A stretch of DNA of 64,000 nt from assembly GCA_963737655.1 (NCBI GenBank), contig CAVTTN010000002.1, positions 4,576,001 to 4,640,000 on the forward strand, written 5' to 3'. Position numbers and translations under genes: made by a program. Numbering within the stretch: position 1 is the stretch's first letter; each line of letters starts with the position of its first letter. This DNA comes from an uncultured Planctomycetota bacterium. GTDB lineage: Bacteria; Planctomycetota; Planctomycetia; Isosphaerales; Isosphaeraceae. Below, piece after piece: positions 1 to 9,087 of this stretch. Under the pieces are notes generated by a model. That model saw only the letters and a program-made list of their open reading frames with translations, had not been told where the DNA came from and ran no database searches.

Positions 1-1119
1 GAACGCCTTGCGGAAGGCCACGACCTTGGCCTCGGGCAGGCCGGCCTTGTCGAGCTCGGCCGGGTTGCCCTCCAGGACCAGGCCGATCGGCAGCCAGGCG
101 GCCTTGTCGCGGAGCCACTCGGCGTAATTGGCGTCGTACTCGGCGTCCTTGCCGGGCACCCGCTGGGCCTTGGGCAGGAGGTCCTTGTTGTAGTCGATCA
201 TCGCCCGGAGGACGTTCTCCTCCAACGGCGTGATGTCCGGGCCGTTCTCGCGGTCCTTCTGCGATCGCACCTTCTCGAGGGCGGCGCCGTTGAAGCCGAG
301 GTAGGCGGGGCTGGCGGGCCGGGGGATGACGAACAGGTCATACATCGCGTTGCCGCGGGCGTCGCCGTCGCGAATCGCCCAGTACCCCATGAGCTTGTGG
401 GCGGCGTCGAGGGCTTTTTGTTCGAGGGTCGAATAGTTCGGCTCGGCGCCTTCGCTCATGTTGTCCGAAGGCTTCCGCCTCCGGTTCAGCTCGGCGATCC
501 ACGAGCGGAAATCGGTCCTCTGGCCGTCGACGTCGAGGTTCCCCTCGGCCAGGTCGTCGGGGGCGAGCCATTTCTGGTCGGGGCTGAGCTTGTGGGCGAG
601 CTTCTTGAGCTCGGCGCGGTCCCGATCGGCCAGGCCCTTCATGGCGGCGACTTTCTGGAGGTCGCCGGTGCTGACCTCGGGGTCTTCCGAGAGCTTCGCC
701 ACGACGGCCCGATCGGCGGAGTCGAGCCTGCCGGACCTGGCCAGGGCGGCGAGCGCCTCCCGGGCCGGGACCGACAGCAATTTCTGCTTCAGGGGGAGAT
801 ACTCGACGGCGATGATCTCCTGGGCGTTCCAGAACTCGGGCCGGGCCCGCCAGTCGAGCATCGCCGCCAGGGGCTGCCAGGCGGCCGTGACGTTCCCCTT
901 GTCGTCCTTCAGCTTGATGATCTCTCGCGTGTAGACCTGCTTGACGCGGAGGCGCGCATAGCTGTCCAGGGGCTTGATCCGGCCGCCGTCCTGGACGGCC
1001 ATCGTGCCGAGCTCGCGATACGACGGGTCGTCGCCGAGCTTCTCGGCCTTCGGGGCGGCCCCGAGGCCCGCGACCGCCAGGGCGATGATCCCCAGCGAGG
1101 AGAGGTGGACTCGTCTCAT
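1..1119 (-). CDS. ccsA: Cytochrome c biogenesis protein CcsA-type (System II), N-terminal part; runs off the left edge
   Basis: Not in the ORF track. Manual translation from ATG 1119 gives MRRVHLSSLGIIALAVAGLGAA (signal) ...AVQDGGRIKPLDSYAR, a GRxKPLDS motif typical of long CcsA proteins. Lies directly downstream of a ResB-like gene. Confidence 0.7.
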   Translation of the reverse strand, partial: MRRVHLSSLGIIALAVAGLGAAPKAEKLGDDPSYRELGTMAVQDGGRIKPLDSYARLRVKQVYTREIIKLKDDKGNVTAAWQPLAAMLDWRARPEFWNAQEIIAVEYLPLKQKLLSVPAREALAALARSGRLDSADRAVVAKLSEDPEVSTGDLQKVAAMKGLADRDRAELKKLAHKLSPDQKWLAPDDLAEGNLDVDGQRTDFRSWIAELNRRRKPSDNMSEGAEPNYSTLEQKALDAAHKLMGYWAIRDGDARGNAMYDLFVIPRPASPAYLGFNGAALEKVRSQKDRENGPDITPLEENVLRAMIDYNKDLLPKAQRVPGKDAEYDANYAEWLRDKAAWLPIGLVLEGNPAELDKAGLPEAKVVAFRKAF

Positions 1120-1153
1120 GGCGATGGGCCCCGAAGGGTGTGGTTTCGGTCGA

Positions 1154-3616
1154 TCAAAGCTCGTCATGGTCGGGCGCCTCCGTCGGGGTGGTCGGGGCGA
1201 GGGAGGCTCCGCCCTTCGCGGTCTTCTTCGCCTGGCGGGCCTCGGCGGCGGCCTTTTCCTTCTTGCCGCCGTCGGTGAAGACGCCCGCCCTCATGTAGAA
1301 TTGCACGAACGTGCCCAGGACCACGAGCAAGCAGCCGATGTAGACGACCTGCCAGGCCGGGTCGTACCGGACCTGGAAGAACGACGCATACAGGCCGTCT
1401 CGCTGGCCGGTGTCCGGGTCCGTCGCCCGGCCGAACCGGGACTGGTAGAAGGTCCAGCCCTTGTGGGTCAGCGGGCTGTTCATGAAGATCTTCCGGGGGT
1501 CGTCCTTCAGGCCCTCTTCGGGGTCCGTCAGGCCGACCTCGCTCTGATACGTGGCGAACGAGCCCGAGCCGGGGTCCTTGCCCGGCGTGAACTTCTTCAG
1601 GGAGAGCGTGAACGGCAGGGTCCGCCGGTCCATGTCGTAGCAGACCCGGTACAGGCCGCCGGGGAACTTCAGGTATTCCCAGTCGATCCCGACGCTCGGC
1701 AGCGACTTCAGGAGCGAGACGTCCTGGGTGACGCCGCCGACGGTCATCCTCGCCTGGATCGCCGGCAGGGCCTCGTCCCGGCGCTCCCGGGGGAGCTCGA
1801 CCGGCACGTACACCTGCCGGAGCTTGCCCTTGGGGATCGTCTCATCGACCCGGATGGAGAGCTGCATCGGCATGTTCTTGCCGCCGAAGACCGGCTGGGC
1901 CTTGCCGACCTCGATCGGCCCCGGTCCCTTCACGCCGTCCCGGCCGAAGGCCCGGTAATAGAGCTTGCCGGAAGCCGATCGGACGACCTCGATCACGCCG
2001 AACCGGCCCATCATCCGGCCGGGCGTTTTGGCCGAGAGCTCGGGGGGGGCGAAGTAGCCGATGCGGACGTCCCCGGGCCCGCCGCCCTCGCGGGGCAGGG
2101 ACATCGACGGCAGGAACGCCACGGCGATCTCGTTCTGGTCGGGCCGGCCCGGCTTCTTGACCGAGAACTCGGCCGTGTGCAGGACATCCTCGCCCAACGA
2201 CTGGCGGAACGCGCGCGCCCGGGGGTCCTCCGAGTCCAGGGGGCGGTCCATCAGCTGGTTGAGCGTCACCGAGGTGTCGGTGTCGGGCAGGGTCACGGTC
2301 TTGCCGATCGGCTTGTCGGTGAGGTCCCATTCATACACCCGATCGGCGCCGACCTTGTCCCTGTAGTGGACCCGGGCCATCCTGGTGGTGTTCGGGTCTT
2401 TCGGCGGGTGGAGGAAGTCGTCGAGGGCCTCCGAGGCACCAGGGCCGGACAGGTCCTGGAAGGCGACGACGGCGGGCCCGGCCTCGTTGGCGACCCGGCC
2501 GAGCTCGGGGGTGCGAATCTCCATCCAGCCCTGGCCGTCGAAGGCATCCGTCCCCGAGGACGCCCCCGGGGGTTGAGCCAGGAGGGAGAGCCGGGCGAGG
2601 ACGTGGCCCTCCGGGTCTTCTTCCGCCACCGTGACCCGTCGGCCCGAGGAGGGCAAGTAATCCTTCACGACGAACGTGAACGGGTCGGCCGGGTCGGTCA
2701 GGAGGTCGGTCCTCGGGCCCTTCGGCGTCTGGGCGACCTTGACGATCAGGGTCGTGAGCAACAGGGCGAACCCCACGAGGACGATCGAGCCGATCGGCTG
2801 GCGGAGCCATCTGGGGCTCTGCGACGACCAGTAGAGCAGGAACGCCACGAGGCCGAGGATCGACGCCCCCAGGGCCGCCCGGGAGAGCCAGTATCGGGCC
2901 TGGTACTCGGTCGTTCGCGACTCGATCGCCAGGTGGTCCGAATCCCACGAGAACGCCCCGGGGACGAACGGCAGGCTCCACGAATCGACGACCTTCACGC
3001 CGTCGGCCGAGGATTCCGATCTCGTGTATTTCTGGACGCGGATCACCGCATGGTCGATCCGCTCGACCTCCGAGGCCGACGCCCCCTCGGCCATCCCCAG
3101 CTGCCCCTCGTCGGCGAACTTCACGCTGACGAACGCCCCGACCAGGACCACGAGCAGGCCGACGTGGGTGACCACGAAGCCGATCTGCCGCTTCTTCCAG
3201 GGAAATCGGATCGTGGCGGCGCAGAAGATGTTCGCGCCGAGGAACGCCAGGAGGATGGCGAACCCCGGATGCTGATAGACGTACTGGCGGACGGCCGCCG
3301 TCCCGTAGGCCGACTCGAAGAACGTGGCGCCGGCCAGGACGAGGGCGAGCGTGGCGATGCAGAGCACCGCGAGCTTCAACGACGCGAGGAAGCGATAGAC
3401 GGCGTCGAACGCGCGGAGGACCGGGTGATCGGCCGGGCCGGGCGGCTCGACCGGCGCGGCGGGGCTCGGGGCCCTTCCTCGGACCGGGAGGATTCGGGGG
3501 AGGCTTCCGGGCGGCGGTGGCCATGGGCAAATCTCAGGGGGGCGGGCGGGACGGCGCTCTCTCGGCTCGGAAGGGCGGGCGGGGCGAAGCGAGCAGGCGG
3601 GGCCGTTCCGGCGCAT
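1154..3616 (-). CDS. Cytochrome c biogenesis ResB/CcsB-like membrane protein
   Basis: FLASLKLAV, three N-terminal TM helices, GFVVTHVGLL, large periplasmic part, MNSPLTHKGWTFYQS and DP..VYIGC C-terminal TM. Start uncertain: in-frame ATG 3616, or ATG 3524 with a frameshift. Confidence 0.8.
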   Translation of the reverse strand: MRRNGPACSLRPARPSEPRERRPARPPEICPWPPPPGSLPRILPVRGRAPSPAAPVEPPGPADHPVLRAFDAVYRFLASLKLAVLCIATLALVLAGATFFESAYGTAAVRQYVYQHPGFAILLAFLGANIFCAATIRFPWKKRQIGFVVTHVGLLVVLVGAFVSVKFADEGQLGMAEGASASEVERIDHAVIRVQKYTRSESSADGVKVVDSWSLPFVPGAFSWDSDHLAIESRTTEYQARYWLSRAALGASILGLVAFLLYWSSQSPRWLRQPIGSIVLVGFALLLTTLIVKVAQTPKGPRTDLLTDPADPFTFVVKDYLPSSGRRVTVAEEDPEGHVLARLSLLAQPPGASSGTDAFDGQGWMEIRTPELGRVANEAGPAVVAFQDLSGPGASEALDDFLHPPKDPNTTRMARVHYRDKVGADRVYEWDLTDKPIGKTVTLPDTDTSVTLNQLMDRPLDSEDPRARAFRQSLGEDVLHTAEFSVKKPGRPDQNEIAVAFLPSMSLPREGGGPGDVRIGYFAPPELSAKTPGRMMGRFGVIEVVRSASGKLYYRAFGRDGVKGPGPIEVGKAQPVFGGKNMPMQLSIRVDETIPKGKLRQVYVPVELPRERRDEALPAIQARMTVGGVTQDVSLLKSLPSVGIDWEYLKFPGGLYRVCYDMDRRTLPFTLSLKKFTPGKDPGSGSFATYQSEVGLTDPEEGLKDDPRKIFMNSPLTHKGWTFYQSRFGRATDPDTGQRDGLYASFFQVRYDPAWQVVYIGCLLVVLGTFVQFYMRAGVFTDGGKKEKAAAEARQAKKTAKGGASLAPTTPTEAPDHDEL

Positions 3617-3751
3617 CAAGGCGCCTCGTCGGCATTGTATCCGCCCTGGGCCCTTTGGGCTACCTCGGGCCGGCGGGCGATCCACTGACGACAATCGTAG
3701 TCAGTCCGAAGGATATCGTCAAGAGGGTGGGCCCGGAGGCGGCTCGCCTCG

Positions 3752-5473
3752 TCAGGCCACCGGGCCGAAGCAGATCAGGGTGATGTCGTCGGCCTGCTTG
3801 GCCCCGGCGGAGAACTCGCGGATCTCCTGGAGGAGGGCCTTGCCGACGGCCTCGGGCCTCCCGGAGCACTTGCCGACCTTCGCCATCAGCCGGGGCTTCT
3901 CCTTCGAGTCGTAGAGCTCGCCCTCGGGGCTGCGGGAGTCGGGCACGCCGTCGGAGTGGACGATCACCACGTCCCCGGGGTGGAGCTTCACGGTGGTCTC
4001 GGAGTACACCGAATCGTCCATGATCCCCAGGGGGAACCCGGCGATCTCGTCGCCGATCAGGTCGATCTTGCCGGAGGCCCTCAGGACGATCACGGCGAGG
4101 TGGCCGGCGGAGATCAGGGTGAATTCGTCGGTCGAGACGTCCAGGACGCCCAGGCTCAGCGTGATGAACTTCTCCTCGATCCCCGCCGCGATCAACTGCG
4201 TGTTGAGCTGAGCGGCGGCCGGGCCGGGGCCGTCGTTGGTGAGGATGCAGAACCTCGTGTCGCCGGAGAACTTGGCCATGAGCAACGCGGCGGCCACGCC
4301 CTTGCCCGAGACGTCTCCCAGAGCCACGGCGATCCTCGACGGGCCGAGGGGGACGAAGTCGTAATAGTCGCCGCCGACCTCATAGGCCGCGTTGTAGAAG
4401 GCGAAGAACTCGTAGCCGGGCAGGGTCGGCACGGACTGCGGCAGGAACCGCTTCTGGACCTGCTCGGCCAGCTTCAAGTCGCGCTCGATCCGCTCCCGGG
4501 CGAGCATCGATTCGTGCATCGACACGTTCTGGATCGCGATGGCGGCCTGGCTGGCCACGGTGGTCAGGACGTCCAGGTCGTCCTGGCCGAACTGCTTGCG
4601 GTCGCTGGTGTCGAGCTGGATGATCCCCAGGGCCTGGCCGTCGGGCGTGACCAGCGGGGCGCACATCACCGAGCGGATCTTGAGGTCCGCGATCGAGGCG
4701 CTGGTGGGCAGATTCGCGTCGTTGCCGGCGTCCTGGCTGAGGACCGATTTCTTCTGGCCGAGGACGTGGTTGAGCAGCGATCGGCTGATGGTCAGCTGGG
4801 TCTCGTCGGCCGGGGCGCGGCCCATCAGGCCGCGGAGGCCCGTCCGGCGGTTCTCTCGGGTCTTGTGGAAGGTCTGGCGGATCGTGCGCTTGGGGTCGTC
4901 GGGCCGGACCAGGGCGAGGAACGTCCGTTCGGCCTGGGGGAAGACCTCGACGAGCGAATCCAGGATCTTCGGCGCCACGCTCTCGAGCTTCAGGTTGCTG
5001 GTGAGGTTCCGGGAGATCTCCATGATCGCCTTGAGCTTGGCCTCCGGCTTCACGGCGCAGACGAGCATGTCGGACCGGGACGCGTCGAGGGTGTGGAGGG
5101 TGGCGTCGCCGCCCTGGGTCTCGGTCACGACGACGCCGGAGGGGGCCGTGGGGACGTCCTTGGGGTCGTCGGGCGGATATTTCAGGTAGAAGACCATCTC
5201 CACGTCGCAAATATTGATGCGGTCCCCCTGTTTGAGGGGGTGGTCCTGCATGGCGGGCAGGACGATCTCGTTGAGCTTGGTGGTATTCCGCGAATTCAGG
5301 TCGACGACGAAGAACCGGTCCCCCTGGCGGCGGATCTTGGCGTGCTCCCGGGAGACCCCGTGAGGATCGAGGACGATCTGGCACTTGGGCAGGCGGCCGA
5401 TGACCGCCTCGTCGCCGGTAATCTCGACGAATTGCCCCGAGGGCGTGCCGTTCATCACAACTAGGCCAGCCAT
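3752..5473 (-). CDS. FHA-GAF-SpoIIE (PP2C) family protein phosphatase
   Basis: FHA (IGR...VSREHA...DLNSRN), GAF (SVMCAPL), PP2C motifs GGDYYD, GDVSGKG, SDG, DDIT. Confidence 0.92.
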   Translation of the reverse strand: MAGLVVMNGTPSGQFVEITGDEAVIGRLPKCQIVLDPHGVSREHAKIRRQGDRFFVVDLNSRNTTKLNEIVLPAMQDHPLKQGDRINICDVEMVFYLKYPPDDPKDVPTAPSGVVVTETQGGDATLHTLDASRSDMLVCAVKPEAKLKAIMEISRNLTSNLKLESVAPKILDSLVEVFPQAERTFLALVRPDDPKRTIRQTFHKTRENRRTGLRGLMGRAPADETQLTISRSLLNHVLGQKKSVLSQDAGNDANLPTSASIADLKIRSVMCAPLVTPDGQALGIIQLDTSDRKQFGQDDLDVLTTVASQAAIAIQNVSMHESMLARERIERDLKLAEQVQKRFLPQSVPTLPGYEFFAFYNAAYEVGGDYYDFVPLGPSRIAVALGDVSGKGVAAALLMAKFSGDTRFCILTNDGPGPAAAQLNTQLIAAGIEEKFITLSLGVLDVSTDEFTLISAGHLAVIVLRASGKIDLIGDEIAGFPLGIMDDSVYSETTVKLHPGDVVIVHSDGVPDSRSPEGELYDSKEKPRLMAKVGKCSGRPEAVGKALLQEIREFSAGAKQADDITLICFGPVA

Positions 5474-7236
5474 GAGCGGGCTCCGGAGACGGACCGTAGG
5501 GACGAAGCGGATCGGATCGGATCGGGCGGGGTGAGGGAGGGCCGGGGATCAACCCGGTCCGAGCCGGGCGACGTCGAGGATCGGGGCGGGGATGCCCAGG
5601 GCCCGAGGAGCTGTCGGCGGAGGTTCGCCAACGTCGGGGTGTCGGTCGTCTTGAGGTTCGGCGAGGCCGAGGCGCGGGCCAGGACCTCCAGCGCGAGTTC
5701 GGCCAGGGGCGGGTCCATCGCGCCGATGTTCATCGTCGAGAGCGTCGCGGCGACCTCGCCGGAATCGCCGAGGGTGGCGTCCTCGGCCGCGTGGATGACC
5801 CGGGCGAGATGCTGCCACTTCACCCGGGGGGATTCCGACCGCGCCTCGGCCGCCTCGAGCTCGGCCGACAGGGCCCGGAGGTGGTCGGCGTCCCCCTGGC
5901 GGAGCAGGGCCCGGCCGAGCTGGATATAGGCCGGATAGGTCCACTCCGAATCCTTCGGGAAGTGGCCGGCCACGGCCAGGAACGCCGCCTCGCGGTCGGT
6001 CGGCGGCGTGCGGGTCTGGGCGAAGCGGTACTGGGCGGCGGCCGTCGGCTGCTTGTTCACGCGCTCCCAGTTCGCCAGCCAGAGGCCGGGAGGGCCCGAC
6101 GGCGGGGGCGCCGAGGCCGACAAGACGTCCTCGGACCGGGCCAGCCAGCCCAGGACGCCGCCGCCGATCAGCCCGAGCGTCGCCATCGCCGCGATCCACG
6201 CCCGGCCCGGCTTCCACGACGGCGACGAGGAACCGACCGCCGCGGGGGCCGACGCCTGCGTCTCCTCCAGGGACGACGAGGCCGATCGCTGATCGGCCGA
6301 AGCCGCCGAGACCGCCGGCATCGAGGCCGTCTGGAGCCCTTCCTTGATCTTCGACAGGTCGCGGAGCATCTCGCCGGCCGACTGGTAGCGATCGGCGGGG
6401 GCCTTGGCCATGAGCTTCATGACCAGGGCGACCAGCTCTTTCGGCAGGTCGGGGCGGTGGACGGCCAGGCTCGTCGGCATCTCCCGGACGTGCTTCAAGG
6501 CCATCGCCACGGCGGTCTCGGCACGGAACGGCGGGGCCCCGGCGAGCATGTGATAGAACGTCACCCCGAGCGAGTACAGGTCGCTCCGGTGGTCCACCGA
6601 CTGGCCCTGGACCTGCTCCGGGCTCATGTACAGGGGCGTCCCGAGGGTCGTCCCCGGCTGGGTCAGGTGGAGCCGGTCTTCCTCGGTCGCCGGCCGGCTC
6701 AGGCCGAAGTCGGCGACCTTGACCCGGAGCGGCCCCTTGGTGTTCAAGAGGATGTTCTCGGGCTTGATGTCGCGATGGATCAGCCCCGCCTCGCCCGCCG
6801 CGCCGACGGCCAGGCCGGTCTGCCTCATCAGGGCCAGGGCCAGCGGCAGCTCGGGCACCCCCTTCTTCTCCAGGAGGCTCTTGAGGTTCGTCCCCTGGAC
6901 GAACTCCATCGCGATGTACCGCCGCCCCTCGACCTGGCCGACCGAATAAATATGCACGATATTCGGATGATTCAACTTCGCCGCGGTCGCCGCCTCCGCC
7001 TCGAACCGGGCCATGTAGGAGGGGTTCTTCGACAGCTCGGCCCGCAGGAGCTTGAGGGCGACCGGGCGATCCAGGCTGATCTGGCGGGCGAGGTAGACCT
7101 CGCCCATCCCGCCTCGACCCAGGACCTGGCCGACCTCGAAATCGCCCAGGGTCCGGCCCGTGAGGTCGCTGGGCGGCACCGTCGCCCAGGACGACGAGTC
7201 CTCCGAGGTTCCAGCCCCTGGCTTCGACGGATTCAT
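5461..7236 (-). CDS. Membrane Ser/Thr protein kinase (Hanks type)
   Basis: GRGGMG, VALK, HRDIKPEN, DFG, GTPLYMSPE, then one TM helix. The extreme C-terminus may be frameshifted. Confidence 0.92.
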   Translation of the reverse strand: MNPSKPGAGTSEDSSSWATVPPSDLTGRTLGDFEVGQVLGRGGMGEVYLARQISLDRPVALKLLRAELSKNPSYMARFEAEAATAAKLNHPNIVHIYSVGQVEGRRYIAMEFVQGTNLKSLLEKKGVPELPLALALMRQTGLAVGAAGEAGLIHRDIKPENILLNTKGPLRVKVADFGLSRPATEEDRLHLTQPGTTLGTPLYMSPEQVQGQSVDHRSDLYSLGVTFYHMLAGAPPFRAETAVAMALKHVREMPTSLAVHRPDLPKELVALVMKLMAKAPADRYQSAGEMLRDLSKIKEGLQTASMPAVSAASADQRSASSSLEETQASAPAAVGSSSPSWKPGRAWIAAMATLGLIGGGVLGWLARSEDVLSASAPPPSGPPGLWLANWERVNKQPTAAAQYRFAQTRTPPTDREAAFLAVAGHFPKDSEWTYPAYIQLGRALLRQGDADHLRALSAELEAAEARSESPRVKWQHLARVIHAAEDATLGDSGEVAATLSTMNIGAMDPPLAELALEVLARASASPNLKTTDTPTLANLRRQLLGPWASPPRSSTSPGSDRVDPRPSLTPPDPIRSASSLRSVSGARSWLA

Positions 7237-7371
7237 GCGCGACCTCGCGTCCCCGACCCCGATCAGGGCGGACCGCCCCGGGGTTCAGTGTACGGCAACC
7301 CGGGGCCGGGAGCAAACGAGAATCCGCCGCCGGATGGACAGAAGATCACGCGCGACGCGCCCGAGACGCCG

Positions 7372-8126
7372 CTACTTCACCCACTCCACCCCCCGGAGGA
7401 CCAGCTTCGCGAGGTTCGGATCGCGCAGGGGGTCGTCCTTGCCGGGCCCGAAGTCGCGGTGGCCCAGGGGGGTATGGAAGACCTTGCCCTTGCCGAACGT
7501 GCGGGTCCAGGCCACGGGCCAATCCTGGCCGTCGTGATTCACGGTGGCGAGCGGCTCGACGCCCGGTTGCATCTGGATGTGGTAGTACAATTCATCCTTC
7601 AGGGGAAAGTCCTTGATCCCCCGGGTGATCGGGCTGGCGGTGTCGGCGATCTTGACGGTGTACTCGCCCTTGCGGACCTTGCCATCGGGCAGGCCCTTGT
7701 GGGAGAAGATCCCGCCGAGCATCTCGCGCCACTCGGGGAGCCAGTCGGGCGCGGCGTTGTCGGCCCCGTGGATCGCGACGAAGCCGTGGCCGGACTTCAC
7801 GAAGTCGAGCAGGGCCCGCTGCTGCCCCTCGGTGAACTTGAACTCGGGGTCGCGGCGGTCGGCGTTGACGATCAGGATGGCGTACTTCGCCATCGCGGGG
7901 GTCTCCAGGATCGCGGCATCCTCGCAGATCGTCACGCGGAAGTCGCCCGAGTTCTCCAGGAGTTCGGAGAGGAACAACGCCTGGTCCCGATAGCCGTGAT
8001 GCTCGCGCTGGCCGCCGGTCAGGAGCAAGACGGGCACGCCGCCGGGGTTCTTCTTCTGGCCCGGGCCGAAGGCGCCGAAAGGGCCAGGACGGCGACGGCG
8101 GCCAGGACGCAACGAGGGATCGACAT
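7372..8126 (-). CDS. Secreted ThuA (trehalose-utilisation/GATase1-like) domain protein; apparent 1-nt deletion near 8058
   Basis: LLLTGG..HH, GFVAIHGA, DELY, PVAWTRTFGKGKVFHTPLGH. The signal peptide MSIPRCVLAAVAVLALSAPSARA lies in a neighbouring frame from ATG 8126. Confidence 0.85.
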
Positions 8127-8262
8127 GGCAAAATCCCCGGGACGCAGGCAGGACCCCCGGCATCGTAAACCGCCCGGAGGGCGCGAGCAAGACGTCGGGC
8201 GGAGGAAATGCGGCGCGTGTTGGGTGAGGGTTTCGCTCTGGGATCCGGATCCTCCCTAAGGA

Positions 8263-8367
8263 TGCCCCCGGTTCTTGAACCGGGGCGGCATGGCCGCAAG
8301 AGGCAATGCGGAACGGCCCGGAACGGCCTCTTGCGGCCATGCCGCCCCGGTTCAAGAACCGGGGGCA
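8263..8367. repeat. REPIN-like inverted repeat with perfect 42-bp arms
   Basis: tgcccccggttcttgaaccggggcggcatggccgcaagaggc (8263-8304) is the exact reverse complement of 8326-8367. Each arm contains an internal palindrome ccccggttcttgaaccgggg. Confidence 0.9.
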
Positions 8368-8510
8368 CCCGAAAAACTCCAGGATCGAGAGCTCGACCCG
8401 TCGGGTGATCGGTGCATTTCATGAGCCCCGCGGGTTGCCCGGCGCGATCGGCGGCGGTACTCTCGGCGGCTCACCGAGGATGAGTTCGAACCGTGGAGGG
8501 CCCGCGAATC

Positions 8511-9068
8511 ATGACCAGGACCGCGACCGGAATTCCCTGCCTGGCGATCGCCGCCCTCGGGCTGGCCTTGATCGCGGCGGATGAGCCGACTCAGACCATC
8601 AAGGCCCGGGGGATCACCTTCGACGTGCCCAAGAGCTGGGCCTCGGGCAAGCCGGCGAACGCGATGAGGCTGGCCCAACTCAAGGTCGAGCCGAGCGAGG
8701 GGGACAAGGACGCCGCCGAGCTCGTCCTGACCGCCTTCCCAGGCGGCGGCGGGGGCGTCGAGGCCAACGTGGCCCGGTGGAAGGCCCAGTTCGTCGATTC
8801 CCAGGGCGAGCCGCCCGAGGTCACCCAGGAGACCAAGAAGGGCAAGAACGTCTCGGTCACGTTCGTGGAGACCTCCGGCCGCTACGTCGCCCCCGTCATG
8901 CCCGGCCGACCCGAGAAGAACGACAAGCCGAACTGGAGGCTCCTCGGCGCGATCGTCCAGGCGGGCGACACCGGCTATTTCTTCAAGATGGTCGGCCCCG
9001 ACAAGACCATGAAGGCCGCCAAGCCCGGCTTCGAGGCCATGATCAAGTCCATCGCCGTCGAGAAGTGA
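8511..9068 (+). CDS. Secreted conserved hypothetical protein
   Basis: Signal peptide; motifs MRLAQ, GGGGGVEANVARWKAQF, YFFKMVGP; strong GC3 codon bias. Confidence 0.8.
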   Translation: MTRTATGIPCLAIAALGLALIAADEPTQTIKARGITFDVPKSWASGKPANAMRLAQLKVEPSEGDKDAAELVLTAFPGGGGGVEANVARWKAQFVDSQGEPPEVTQETKKGKNVSVTFVETSGRYVAPVMPGRPEKNDKPNWRLLGAIVQAGDTGYFFKMVGPDKTMKAAKPGFEAMIKSIAVEK

Positions 9069-9087
9069 GCGAGCCGCGATCCGCCGC

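Noticed and set aside
5509..5525. (GGATC)x3 short tandem repeat
   Set aside because: Too short to be meaningful.
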